DNA from: an uncultured cyanobacterium
GTDB taxonomy: Bacteria > Cyanobacteriota > Cyanobacteriia > CAKZMO01
DNA: 64,000 nt
Assembly (NCBI GenBank): GCA_963719515.1
Contig: CAVRCJ010000003.1
Location: forward strand, 384,001-448,000
Reading direction: 5' to 3'
Made by a program: the position numbers and the translations under genes. This document shows positions 19,660 to 29,982 of this stretch, piece after piece (positions within the stretch are counted from its first letter, which is position 1; every line of letters begins with the position of its first letter). The notes beneath the pieces were generated by a model. The model was not told where the DNA came from and made no database searches. It worked only from the letters and a program-made list of their open reading frames with translations.

Positions 19660-20349
19660 GTGCATTTTCTAATTCCTGCCGCAGGCCGAGGTCGACGAAT
19701 GGGCAGCGATCGCAACAAGCTGCTGCTGACCCTGATGGCGCAGCCGGTCATTGCCTGGACGCTGCAGGCCGCAGATCGATGCCCCGACGTCAGCTGGATA
19801 GGAATCATTGGGCAACCTCACGACTGGCCGGATATCAAATCAATTTTGGAGGCGCTGCCCTTGAAGACCCCGGTGGAGCTGATTGACGGGGGGAAAACCC
19901 GTCAGGAGTCAGTGTTCAACGGTCTAGAAGCGCTGCCTGAGGGCGCAACCCACGTGCTGATTCACGATGGGGCCCGGTGCTTAGCGACCCCAGAGCTGTT
20001 TAGCCGCTGCGCCGAGGCGCTCCAAAGCTGCACGGGCCTCATTGCGGCAGTGCCGGTAAAAGATACGATTAAAGCTGTGGTCCCCAACACGCGACAGGTT
20101 GAAAGTACTCCGGAGCGGGCGCGCCTGTGGGCAGCTCAGACCCCTCAAGGCTTTGAGGTCGCGCAGCTGCGGCAGTGCCACCAGCAGGGGCGCGAGCTAG
20201 ACTGGGCGGTGACGGATGACGCGGCGCTGTTTGAGCGCTGTGGTCTACCGGTGCAGATCGTGGAGGGGGAGGAAACGAACCTGAAAATCACAACGCCCAT
20301 GGATCTGGCGATCGCCACGTTTATTTTGCAGAACCGGGATGAGATTTAG
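19660..20349 (+). CDS. ispD: 2-C-methyl-D-erythritol 4-phosphate cytidylyltransferase
   Basis: PAAGRGRRM, RQESVFNG, LIHDGARC, AQTPQGF, TDDA and NLKITTP. Confidence 0.96.
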   Translation: MHFLIPAAGRGRRMGSDRNKLLLTLMAQPVIAWTLQAADRCPDVSWIGIIGQPHDWPDIKSILEALPLKTPVELIDGGKTRQESVFNGLEALPEGATHVLIHDGARCLATPELFSRCAEALQSCTGLIAAVPVKDTIKAVVPNTRQVESTPERARLWAAQTPQGFEVAQLRQCHQQGRELDWAVTDDAALFERCGLPVQIVEGEETNLKITTPMDLAIATFILQNRDEI

Positions 20350-20363
20350 AGGATAGAGACGCG

Positions 20364-20732
20364 ATGCGGATGGCCTGCCGTTGGGAGACTTTTCGAGATT
20401 TGACCACCCCGCCGGGGGCGAGCGGCCGCTCGCTCTTGCGGGCAATTATCCTGTCGGCGGTTGTGGGTATGGGGTTGTTCGGTCCTGTGGCTAGGGCGAT
20501 CGCCCTGCCGCCCCCGGAAGACCTCCCGGAGGAGGTCGCCCGCACCGAGATTATCATTGAGGCGCGATCGCCCGTAGATGGGGAACCTCTAACGGCAGTA
20601 GAATACGTGGAGCTGCAGGCCGAGCTGGCCGAGCGGGAATACCCGGCAGAGGTCAGCTCCGAGCTGCAGCAGCTGATCTTTTTGCTGCGGGTGCGAAGAT
20701 TGATTCGTACCTTTACGCCCTTTTCGTTTTGA
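20364..20732 (+). CDS. Conserved cyanobacterial hypothetical exported protein
   Basis: Hydrophobic leader, then ALPPPEDLPEEV...ARSPVDGEPLTAVEY...LIFLLRVR. Start uncertain. Confidence 0.65.
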   Translation: MRMACRWETFRDLTTPPGASGRSLLRAIILSAVVGMGLFGPVARAIALPPPEDLPEEVARTEIIIEARSPVDGEPLTAVEYVELQAELAEREYPAEVSSELQQLIFLLRVRRLIRTFTPFSF

Positions 20733-20764
20733 GGGGCCAGCGAGCTCAGCAGGATCTAGCCAAT

Positions 20765-23311
20765 CTAAGACAATCCCCGCAGCAGCTGCCTAACCTTGTA
20801 GCCCTGCCGGGCGTCGAGGGTCTGTGGAAACTGCAGCTCGGCGATGGCCTGACCGGGGGCGAGGCTGGAGTCTTCAGCGGCTGACACAAGCTGGTTGAGT
20901 TGGGCCACCAGCCGAACCGCATCGGAGGGCTCGGGGGTGACCCCCATCAAAAGCCCCACTGCGGGCTTAGAAGCCTGTAGCGGCATCAGATCGGGGGTTT
21001 GGCCTAGGTCTACCATCAGTCGAACGCGACGCGAGTTCATCTCGACTCCCGTGGCAGGGTAAAACCGCCCATTCCAGTAGATTTGGGCGGGAGCCTGAAT
21101 CTGCCGGAAGATCGGCGTCCGCTTGGAGGGTGCTGGATCTTTAAAGGCTCGCACCAGGCTTGTCGCCATAAACCCAAGAGAGGAGAAGGGGCGATCGCTG
21201 ATGGCCCGCGTCTGGCTGTACCACTCCTCCACATCAGAATACAGGACAAGCACCAGTTGATCAGATTGCTCAGGCGATAGGCCCACAAAGTCAACGCTCA
21301 CCAAAACGCTATCGCCCGTCGGCTGCACCCGCAAAACTTCGGCGTCGAGCCGAACGCTAGCCCCAAAGTCTCCCCGGATCGTGAGCTCGACTAGATCAGG
21401 CAGGTTGGGCCAGCTCTCCAGCTGGATGCGCGCTCCGCTTTCGCTGATGTCAAGGGTGCGCCCCTCCAAGGGGTGCTCGGCGCTACAGACGGTGACCTGC
21501 AGCTGGCGCTGGAGACGGTGCGCCCGGCGCAGCTGTGGCTGCTCAAAGGCCACCAGCATGGCGGCTGACACCATCACTAGATTGAAGATGCACCAGAGGG
21601 CGTTGATAATCACGGCCTGCTGGGACTCAGGGCGGACAATCAGCCAGAAAGGAACGGCGAAGAGCGAGCACACTAACAGCCCCACGAGCACAACGGTGAC
21701 CCGCGAAGACTGAAGGTCAAAGGAGCGCTTAGTGACCGAAATGCCCTTAGCCGTGACGTTAAAGCTCCCTAAGCTGGGGTTGAGAAGCGCCATAAAGGTG
21801 ACAATTCCCGTGCGAAACGCCAGCGCATACTCAAAAATTTCATTCCAGAATGAGAATCGCACCCCCTTTTGGGCGATGTAGTTGGCGTTCATCGCCAAGA
21901 TGATGTGGGGCAAGGCATAGGCCAACGTTTCGACACCCAGACCCCGAATGGGATTGACGCCGCCCAGCAGATAGAGCACCGGGGCGATCGCATACATCAG
22001 GCGAGGAAAGCCGTAGAAAAAGTGGGAGGTCGATGACGTGTAGCACAGCCGCTGGGAGAGCGACAGCTTTCCGTTGAACAAAGGTTTTTCGAGCCGCAAA
22101 ATCTGCGCCATCCCCCTCGCCCAGCGGATTTGCTGGCCAACGTAGGCAGAAAAGGTGTCCGGGGCCAGCCCGGCCACCATGATCTTGTCGTAGTACACCG
22201 TCTCATAGCCCAGCTTATGCAGCCGTAGGGACGTGTGGCAGTCCTCCGTCACCGTCTCCACCGCAATTCCACCGACCTCCAGCAGGTGAGTTTTGCGAAT
22301 CACCGCCGCCGACCCGCAGAAAAAAGTGGCGTTCCAAAAGTCGTTCCCCTTTTGAACTAGTTTGTAAAACAGCTCATTGCCGACTGGAATCCGGCCCTGG
22401 GTGAGCAAGTTGCGCTCGAAGGGATCCGGGTTGTAGAACCAGTGGGGCGTTTGCACCAGGGAAACTTTAGGGTTATGAAAAAAGCCCACCGTGTGCTGCA
22501 GAATTTGCCGACTGGGGATGTGATCACAGTCAAGAATCAACACTAGCTCCCCGGGCGTGCGGGGCAGCGCGGTGTTGATGTTGCCCGCCTTGGCGTGGTC
22601 ATTGTTGGGCCGCGTCAGCATGGCGCACCCCAGCTGATCGCACATGTGCTGCAGCAGGCGGCGGCGCTCAAGATCTTTGCGCCCATCATCGAGCACAAAC
22701 ACCTGCCGCTTGTGGGTCGGGTAGTCCACCGCGAGGGCCGTGAGGGCCGTTTTGCGGACGATGTCGATGTCTTCGTTGTAGGTGGGAATGTAGATATCGA
22801 CGGAGGGCAGCTGCTGCTCGGAGGATTGGGCCAGCGACACGGGCTGGCGATCGCGCATGCGGATGGTTTGGAAGTAGGTGAGCAGCAGCGTCACGATGGC
22901 GTATAGCTCAGCGGCAAACAGCAGCAGCGTAAACAGACTGCTCACCCAAGTAGAAAAGTTGAGGGTGTAGCTGGCGCGGTAGAACAGATACCGCAAGGTG
23001 GTGATGATGCTCAGCCATACCAAAAACAGGTGGAGATATTCACCGGCCCGCCAGTTGGCTTGACGCTGCTCTAGGGTGACCAGTCCCCATCCGAGAGCCA
23101 CGAAGGTAACGGCCACGATGCCCTGCTGCCACACCTTAAGGGGCGTCACAATTAGGGGCACTGACACGAGCAGCGTCAGCAGGACGAGGACAATGAGTAA
23201 CCCTTGGGATCGGCTGGGCAGCAGCGTATCGAGCCAGTGGGGCAGGGAGGCTAGGGCGCGGGTAATCCACGACTGCCGAGAGTTGATAGGGGGTTGAGTT
23301 GAGGGTGTCAT
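20765..23311 (-). CDS. bcsA: Cellulose synthase-like catalytic subunit (GT2 + PilZ)
   Basis: DDG, HAKAGN, DCDH, QTPH, FFCGS, TED and QQIRW motifs. PilZ motifs RRAHR and DISESG. Confidence 0.92.
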   Translation of the reverse strand: MTPSTQPPINSRQSWITRALASLPHWLDTLLPSRSQGLLIVLVLLTLLVSVPLIVTPLKVWQQGIVAVTFVALGWGLVTLEQRQANWRAGEYLHLFLVWLSIITTLRYLFYRASYTLNFSTWVSSLFTLLLFAAELYAIVTLLLTYFQTIRMRDRQPVSLAQSSEQQLPSVDIYIPTYNEDIDIVRKTALTALAVDYPTHKRQVFVLDDGRKDLERRRLLQHMCDQLGCAMLTRPNNDHAKAGNINTALPRTPGELVLILDCDHIPSRQILQHTVGFFHNPKVSLVQTPHWFYNPDPFERNLLTQGRIPVGNELFYKLVQKGNDFWNATFFCGSAAVIRKTHLLEVGGIAVETVTEDCHTSLRLHKLGYETVYYDKIMVAGLAPDTFSAYVGQQIRWARGMAQILRLEKPLFNGKLSLSQRLCYTSSTSHFFYGFPRLMYAIAPVLYLLGGVNPIRGLGVETLAYALPHIILAMNANYIAQKGVRFSFWNEIFEYALAFRTGIVTFMALLNPSLGSFNVTAKGISVTKRSFDLQSSRVTVVLVGLLVCSLFAVPFWLIVRPESQQAVIINALWCIFNLVMVSAAMLVAFEQPQLRRAHRLQRQLQVTVCSAEHPLEGRTLDISESGARIQLESWPNLPDLVELTIRGDFGASVRLDAEVLRVQPTGDSVLVSVDFVGLSPEQSDQLVLVLYSDVEEWYSQTRAISDRPFSSLGFMATSLVRAFKDPAPSKRTPIFRQIQAPAQIYWNGRFYPATGVEMNSRRVRLMVDLGQTPDLMPLQASKPAVGLLMGVTPEPSDAVRLVAQLNQLVSAAEDSSLAPGQAIAELQFPQTLDARQGYKVRQLLRGLS

Positions 23312-25868
23312 CTGGCCTCCTGGGAGCGGCTAACGCGGTTCACGTAGAGTTGCGAAATTCCGTACAGCAGCAGCGCTAGCAAAATAATGCCGGTGGGAAT
23401 CAAAAACCAGTACTGCTGTAGGAAGAGCGTCGCCCCTCGCATCGAGCTGACGTCTCGGACCTGCTGGCGCGGACTTTGGTTGAGGGAGGTGAGCCGATAG
23501 GCTCCTGGATCGTAGGGTTGAGGCTCCTCCGCAGTCCGGTTCACCAAGACGGTGTCCCCCTGCAGCTGGAAGAACAGGCTGTCGAAGTTGAGGACATCCT
23601 GCAGCACTTCTAGCCCTGTCTCGGTTTCAGCCGTCAGAGCGATCGCCGTGTGGGTGTCGCCTTCCAGCGAGACGGCCTTGATAATACCGTCGTAGTTGGG
23701 CACGCTTTGAGTCTGGCTCTCTTTCCAGAACCGCGCCGCACCGCTGATGTCCAAACTGCCGTCCTGCAGCACCTTGGCCAAGGGGAAGCGATCGCGACGG
23801 CCAATGCCGACAATGTGGCGGTCACCAATCTCAGCCGAGGGTTGTCCGGTGGTCACGACGAGCTTGACGGCCTCGGCGCTGCTGATTTGCCCTAACCGCT
23901 TCGAGAGCGCCAGCAGCGTATTGAGTTCTGTCACCGTAGGCGCTTCTGGGAGCGCGATCGCCAGCTGCGAGAGGTCCTGCGGGGCGGCCAGCGGAAACCC
24001 TGCCGTCAGCAGTTTCAGGTCGGGCAGCTCGAAGACGGTGTCATGCTTGAGGTCGAAGGTGGTATCACCATGCAGCGTTCCCCACAGCTGACTGTCCGTT
24101 GGCGGTCCGCAGAGTTCTGAGTCTCTGGGGTCGAGGATGAAGTTGACGGTGAGCACCGAGTCAGGGCGAATGAGCGCCGGCGGCAGCTCGACGGTAAAGC
24201 GCTTGCGGCCCCCTTGCCAATCGTCTAGGCGACGAGAGCCTACGGAAACGTCGTTTAGCTTCACCTCGACCGCCGAAGTGCGCGGGTTGACCTGGCGGCT
24301 GTAGCTATAGTCCAGGGTTACGGTGCTGTCCCGCAAGTAAGCCTCCCCTGGCGGGGCCTTGAACGGAATTTGAATGGCGGGAGGCGTCGCCCCCTGCACC
24401 GTGACGTCCTGGAAAGCGTCGCCGCCCTCCATCGTCAGGTCCGCTAGCTGAAAGACTGAATTGCGGGGAAGATATCCCGGCCAGTCGCCCTGGGGGCTAG
24501 CGGCATCGGTCACGCTCGTCACCAGCAGCGTTTGCCCCGTCATCACCTGGCGATCGCCTGGCTGAGTCAACAGCTGCACTGCCTTGGCCACCCCTGCCGC
24601 GTTGTTTCCTGTGGCCACCAGCGCCGGAACTGCGCCATCTTTGACGGTGGTCAAAATCAACAGCCCTGCGTCAGCGGGCAGCGGCGTCTCGTCCTTGTCC
24701 AGAATCTGACCGTCTTTGACGGTAAACGGCAGCGACATTTCCGCCAGCAGCGGCTGATCTTTGGGAGTCCCGATAACGACAAGATGATCGCCCCAGTCTA
24801 AAGCGTCGATCTTATTGACGACCTGGGTAGTAAGGGGATGACGCTCGGCCATGCGGGAGGCTGCTACCTGAAAGCGGCTGACAGCGGTGGACCAATTGTC
24901 GGTGTAAGCTTTCGGCGTAAGATACGTAATGCTGTTGGGGTCGAGGCTGAGAGGATCGATAAAGGGATAGGGAAACTGGCTGAGATCGAGGGCGACAGGC
25001 TGCGACTTGAAGTCGAACAGCAGCTTGGAGTCTGGTAGGATCTCCGTCCAAAGGCCGGGATTAGCGGGGTTTGTGCAGGTCTCCGAGGTATGCTGAACCG
25101 CCACCAGCGACAGGCCGTTGCGCTCCTGAATTAGATTAGTCGGGATATCGAACACGGCCTCAGCAATTTGGCTGTCGGAGCGGTCTAGGGGAACGCTGCC
25201 CAGGCTGGTGTTGTTCACCCGCAGGGTCAGGTGAGAGCGCTCGCCCAGCAGACCAGGAGAATGCTGGTAGCGGACGACTGCCTTGGCCGACTGCAGATTC
25301 CAATGGCGGGGGCGGGTAAACCCCAAACGGGCTTCTGGGTAGACCCCCTGCAGCCGCAGTCGGTTACCGACCACGGGGCTGCGGCTAAACGCCATGACGT
25401 ATTGATACGTTTCGTCTGCCGCCTGGTCTGAGGTCTTTGCCTCGCCAGATTCACTGGGCGGCGACGGAGCGGGCGACGGGGTCGGTGCTGCGGGTGTTGC
25501 CGGTGCTGCAGGCGTTGCCGGTGCTGCGGACCGCGCTGCTGGCTGGGCCGGGGCGGACGGGCCGCTGGACGAGGGGCTGGCTTCGCCGCTGGGCGAGCTG
25601 GGGCCGAACGAGCGGGCGGGCGGGGCCGGTAAACGGGGCGCTGCCGGGGCGCTTCGGGCAGCGTGAACTGCTGAATAACCTGATTCTCTTGCTGCTCCAA
25701 AGAACTACTCTGGGCAACAGACGGCGTAGGCCACATCAGGCTGGCCGCTCCCAAAGCGAGACCGATGACTAAAAGAGGCCAGAATCGGCGGAGGGCCGTT
25801 GGGCGATTGGGAGAAGGGCTTATTAAAGCGCGGCGGCGCTTGGGCCGCTGAAAAAGAAAGGGAAACAT
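23308..25868 (-). CDS. bcsB: Cellulose synthase periplasmic subunit BcsB (frameshift near 25560)
   Basis: BcsB-type domains (HTSETC...LWTEI, DLSQFPYPF) with a C-terminal TM helix. The signal peptide and Pro/Ala linker are in ORF 25227-25943 and join the main frame if one C is added near 25560. Confidence 0.82.
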
Positions 25869-26013
25869 AGACACAGGGAGGTTAGACGACAGGTAATAGG
25901 CCGTGGTGTTGAGAGGTATTGAAGCTGCGAATTTTTTGAACACGGGCGCGATGATGTGCGGGAGGGCTGCGCAAGCAATGCCTGGAAAACAGATAGACCC
26001 TCATACAACCCAA

Positions 26014-27312
26014 CTACGATGGGGCAGGATCTTTTGGCAGCTGCCAATCCAGCGTCTTCAGCTCTGAGACAGGGTATAGGCCCAGCCAAATCAGATTCTG
26101 GGTGTAGTAGGATATCTCCGAGGCCCAGATGCCGCGACTGTAAATCGGCAGCAGCGCCTGATTGAGAATTTGCTCTGCTACCTCGGGAGAAATCTGCTGC
26201 AGAGCGGGGTAGAGCATCCCATACTGAGCGGGCGAGTCGTAATCCACCAGAGCGTCACCCTGAAGACCGATCTCTGCCGGAATTTGTCCCGTAGCCTGCC
26301 ACTGCTCCACTAGAGGCGGCAGCTGTTGCTCTAGATAAGCCGTCGCCCTGGGCTCTTGCGTCAGGGACGCATCGAGAGCCACGCGCCACCACACCCGGTA
26401 GGCGTCAAAGCCGTAGTGGCGGCTTAGCGCCGTGCTGGGGTCGACCGCGCTATAGCGGCCCGTATCGAGGTCTAAGGTGACCCAGTCGCTAGGGAGGCCC
26501 AGGGCCGACACTTCAGCAGACTGGGTCAAAATGTCGTAGCTGCTGTCCACTAGCGCCAGCCAGTCGTGGTCGGGGTCCACCTGAGCAAACAGCCGGAAGG
26601 CGTAGGGCGCGAGGTAGGAGGGGTTGAGATGCACCTGGTTGGGGGTGGGCTGGAAGGCCGCTTTGGGTCCGGGCAGAAAGTAGCGATCGCCGCCAAACCG
26701 CGCCCCTGCCGCTGGCTCAGAGGGCTGTCCGGCGTCAGCGGCGTAGTAATCGGGAACAGCGATGGTTGAGAGCGCCCACAGATCGGCCAGCTTGGCCCTC
26801 GCCAGCTCTAGATACTGAGGCTGGTTCCACCGCCGAGCCGCCAAAATCAGCGCGGTGACCGCGTCGAGGTCGGCGTCGCTGGCAAAGTTGGCGTCGAGAA
26901 TGCCCCACTGCTCGGCGTCATCTTTGCCCCACTGCCAGGCCCACAGCTGGTGAGAATTGCCCCCGCCCGAACGCACCCCCAGGTTGTTTTCAGACCAGGT
27001 GAGCACTACGGAAAAGGTCACCGGATCGTCGGCCATCACGGCCCGGAGCAGCGCGTAGGCCTGCCCCTCAGACACGGTGCGATCGCTGGCTTCCCGGTCA
27101 ATCACCCGCCCATCTGCCTGGATGAACCGCTGCTTGTAGACTTGCCAGCTTTCGTCTATCTGCTGCAGTCGCTTTGTGGTTGAGTCAGCCGCCGGGCCAC
27201 TTGGCGGAGGCGCTTCGGATACCGGCTCTGGAGGCTTGGTCGGCGCTGTGGGGCCGCTACAGCTCATGAGTGCTATGGCAAGTCCAGCGAGCAGGAGTCG
27301 ATCGATAGCCAT
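26014..27312 (-). CDS. bcsZ: Glycoside hydrolase family 8 endoglucanase, lipoprotein
   Basis: TVSEGQAYAL, NFASDAD, NPSY and FDAYRVWW; lipobox LMSC. Confidence 0.9.
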   Translation of the reverse strand: MAIDRLLLAGLAIALMSCSGPTAPTKPPEPVSEAPPPSGPAADSTTKRLQQIDESWQVYKQRFIQADGRVIDREASDRTVSEGQAYALLRAVMADDPVTFSVVLTWSENNLGVRSGGGNSHQLWAWQWGKDDAEQWGILDANFASDADLDAVTALILAARRWNQPQYLELARAKLADLWALSTIAVPDYYAADAGQPSEPAAGARFGGDRYFLPGPKAAFQPTPNQVHLNPSYLAPYAFRLFAQVDPDHDWLALVDSSYDILTQSAEVSALGLPSDWVTLDLDTGRYSAVDPSTALSRHYGFDAYRVWWRVALDASLTQEPRATAYLEQQLPPLVEQWQATGQIPAEIGLQGDALVDYDSPAQYGMLYPALQQISPEVAEQILNQALLPIYSRGIWASEISYYTQNLIWLGLYPVSELKTLDWQLPKDPAPS

Positions 27313-27376
27313 CTTGATCTCCTCAAAGAGGTGCAGTTACGGCGAAAAGCGGTCCGGGAGCTTATCCCGGTTCATT

Positions 27377-27425
27377 GCCCACTGAAGTAGGCTTCAATTT
27401 GACGGCCCGTCTGAAGTGCGGGCCG
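27377..27425. repeat. REP-like double-hairpin repeat
   Basis: GCCCACTGAAGTAGGC followed by CGGCCCG...CGGGCCG. A related copy lies at 62541-62588. Confidence 0.55.
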
Positions 27426-27455
27426 CACACCACCCATGAGTTACGGATGCGCTGA

Positions 27456-27561
27456 TATGGCAAAGGTCCTGATGCCTTAGAACATTTGCGCGTTCAGTTG
27501 CCGACACAACGTCAGGCTTTCAGCCGATTTTGCTGTCCTAAGCAGCTGAACCAATGCAATA
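27456..27561. repeat. 106-bp MITE-like dispersed repeat, copy 2
   Basis: About 90% identical to 2808-2913, in the same orientation. Confidence 0.8.
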
Positions 27562-27565
27562 GCGC

Positions 27566-29878
27566 TTAGAACCGCTCCCAAGGTGGCTCAATCCCGCGCT
27601 GCAGTAAGAAGCCCTCGCGAATACGCTGCATCTCAACGGCAACTTCGGGGTCGCTGATTCCCTTGGCGGCCTGCTCCGACTGCCAGTCTTCCAGCTGGCT
27701 CAGGGCCGCTAGTCGCCGACCCTGAGCTGCGCTCAACCCCGCGAGCGATCGCCGGGCGATGCCGTTTCCGGGGTCTAGCTCCAGCGCCTGGTTGTAGGCC
27801 CGCTGCGCGGCGTCATAGCGCTGACGCTCGAACTCGACGCCTCCTAGCGCCAGCAGCGCCCCCAAGTTGTCGGGATTGCGGTCAAGAATCGCGGCGTAGG
27901 CGTTGCTAGCATCGCTCAGATCTCCTAGATCTTGGGCAATTTGACCGCGAACAAAGTAGACGTTGAGGTCGTCTGGGTTCTCAGCAATCAGCTGATCCAC
28001 CATCGATCTGGCGGCATCAGGGTCGCGGCTCGCCACGAGCTGAATCTTGCGAATCTGTACGGGAATATTATCGGCATCGACCTGCAGCAGCTGCTCGTAG
28101 AGCGCTTCGCGAGCTGCGGACGCCGGCAGGACACCGGTCAAGCTATACAGCTCGGGCGGAGCTTCGGAGGCGCTGTGGCGGGAAAGCCACTGAGAGAGCA
28201 CGGCCTCAGCCTCAGCTTCGCTAATCCGGTCGGCCCCGTAGGCCAAGCTGGCGCGTCCCAGCTGCTTCGACTCATCCTGCGGGTTGAGGGCAACGATCTG
28301 GTCGTAGAGGGCGATCGCCTCATCGAACTGCCGCTGCTCCGTCCGCACGGTGGCCAGCCCCTGCAAGGCTCCGGTCATCACAGCTCGCTGCGGTCGCCGG
28401 GCAATAATGGTTTGATAGCCCTGGGCGCTGGCCTCTAGGTCCCCCTGCTGCCGGTCGATGTCGGCCAGCAGCAGCAGGTCCAAAGGTTCATCCTCGCTGC
28501 TGCGAGAATTGGCAAATACGGCCAGAGAGTCCCGAGCGGCGCGGTAGTCTCCCTGCTCCGCTAAGATTTGCGCGGCCCGGTAGTAGAGGAAAGGTTCGTC
28601 GACCTGCCGCGCCAGCTGCTGATAGACCGGCAGCAGCGCCGGGTCGGGGGAGGTGGTCTGCACCAAACTGCGGGCGATCGCCTGCTGCTCACTGCCTTGG
28701 GCGGTGGCAAGCAGCTGCAGAAGCTGAGCAGCCGCTGCCTCACCCGAAATCTGCTGGGTTTGCTGTGCTAGCAGCGTCTGCCGCGCCTGCAGCTCCAAGT
28801 CATCGGGATACTGCTGGCTCAGCTGCTGGTACACTCCTAACGCCACGGTCTGCTGCCCGGAGATACCGCTGAGGGCATCCGCGATTTCCCGCGCCCGGCC
28901 TGCGGTTAGGTTGGCGGGGTCGTTGAGGACGTCGCGGTAAAGGGTGGCGGCAGCCTGCTCATAGGTGGTATCGCCGCTATAGCGAGCGATGTCCATATAG
29001 GCGCGGGACAAAATTAAGCGCGTATCCCCTCGGCTTCTCAGGGGAGCCAGTATTGTCGTTGCTTCACTGAATTGTCCATTGGCGGCGTAGGCCGAGGCCA
29101 ACGCTCCCCGCAGCTGTAGCTGAGTGCTGACCTGCGCCGACTCAGCCCGCAGCGCCTGCTCTAGGCTTGCTACCGCCTGAGCGCTTTGGCCCGTTTCTCG
29201 CAGGGCCAGCCCGTAGGCGATCGCTTCACTGGCGCTGAGGGTCGCGCCGCTGGCTCGATAGCGCTCGAACAGGTCCACGCCAGCGCTGTGGTTGCCGCTG
29301 TAGGTGTAGGCTTGGGCCGCACCGATGAGGGCTTCTGGCGACGGACTCGTCTGCAGAACCTGGGAGTAGTCGGCGATCGCCGCGGCAAACTGACCTTGGT
29401 AGAGATAGAGCAGCGCTCGCTGCTGGCGGGCTTCGGTGCTATTGGCATCTAGCCGCAGGAGCTGGGTTAAGGCGTCAATGCCTTGAGTCTGCCACTCAGG
29501 CCGGTAGCCCCCCAAGATTCCCAGGGCGTAAAGCGCCAGCTGGTTGCTGCCGTCGAGGGCAACAGTGCGTTGATAAGCCTGGAAAGCTTCCGCATCTCGG
29601 CCCGCCCGCCGATAGGCGATTGCCAGCCCCAGCTGGGCATCCACCGACTGAGCATTGGCCCGCAGCGCCCGCTGAAAAATTTCGATGGCCCCATCAACCC
29701 AGCCTCGATTGAGGTAGGTGTAGCCTTGGGCGACCGAGGCAGAGGCCGACTGGGCGCTGACGCCTGCCTGCAGCGCCATGGGAATAATCACAAGTCCGTG
29801 GCTGAGCAAGCCAATGCTGAGCATTGTCCCCCAGAGGGACAATCGCCCTCGCTGTCTCACAGCTGCTGTCCGTTTCAT
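27566..29878 (-). CDS. Periplasmic tetratricopeptide-repeat protein (BcsC N-terminal/AlgK-like role)
   Basis: Signal peptide and many TPR-like helical repeats; co-oriented with bcsZ-B-A. Confidence 0.82.
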   Translation of the reverse strand: MKRTAAVRQRGRLSLWGTMLSIGLLSHGLVIIPMALQAGVSAQSASASVAQGYTYLNRGWVDGAIEIFQRALRANAQSVDAQLGLAIAYRRAGRDAEAFQAYQRTVALDGSNQLALYALGILGGYRPEWQTQGIDALTQLLRLDANSTEARQQRALLYLYQGQFAAAIADYSQVLQTSPSPEALIGAAQAYTYSGNHSAGVDLFERYRASGATLSASEAIAYGLALRETGQSAQAVASLEQALRAESAQVSTQLQLRGALASAYAANGQFSEATTILAPLRSRGDTRLILSRAYMDIARYSGDTTYEQAAATLYRDVLNDPANLTAGRAREIADALSGISGQQTVALGVYQQLSQQYPDDLELQARQTLLAQQTQQISGEAAAAQLLQLLATAQGSEQQAIARSLVQTTSPDPALLPVYQQLARQVDEPFLYYRAAQILAEQGDYRAARDSLAVFANSRSSEDEPLDLLLLADIDRQQGDLEASAQGYQTIIARRPQRAVMTGALQGLATVRTEQRQFDEAIALYDQIVALNPQDESKQLGRASLAYGADRISEAEAEAVLSQWLSRHSASEAPPELYSLTGVLPASAAREALYEQLLQVDADNIPVQIRKIQLVASRDPDAARSMVDQLIAENPDDLNVYFVRGQIAQDLGDLSDASNAYAAILDRNPDNLGALLALGGVEFERQRYDAAQRAYNQALELDPGNGIARRSLAGLSAAQGRRLAALSQLEDWQSEQAAKGISDPEVAVEMQRIREGFLLQRGIEPPWERF

Positions 29879-29982
29879 ATCGCGAATTACTGTAGGTGTA
29901 CTTGACGTTTCTGTGTCTTTGAATAGCGATGTCGATAAGGCTATATACCCAAGTGCCTGTGGCGCTCAGGGTAGGGACTTAT

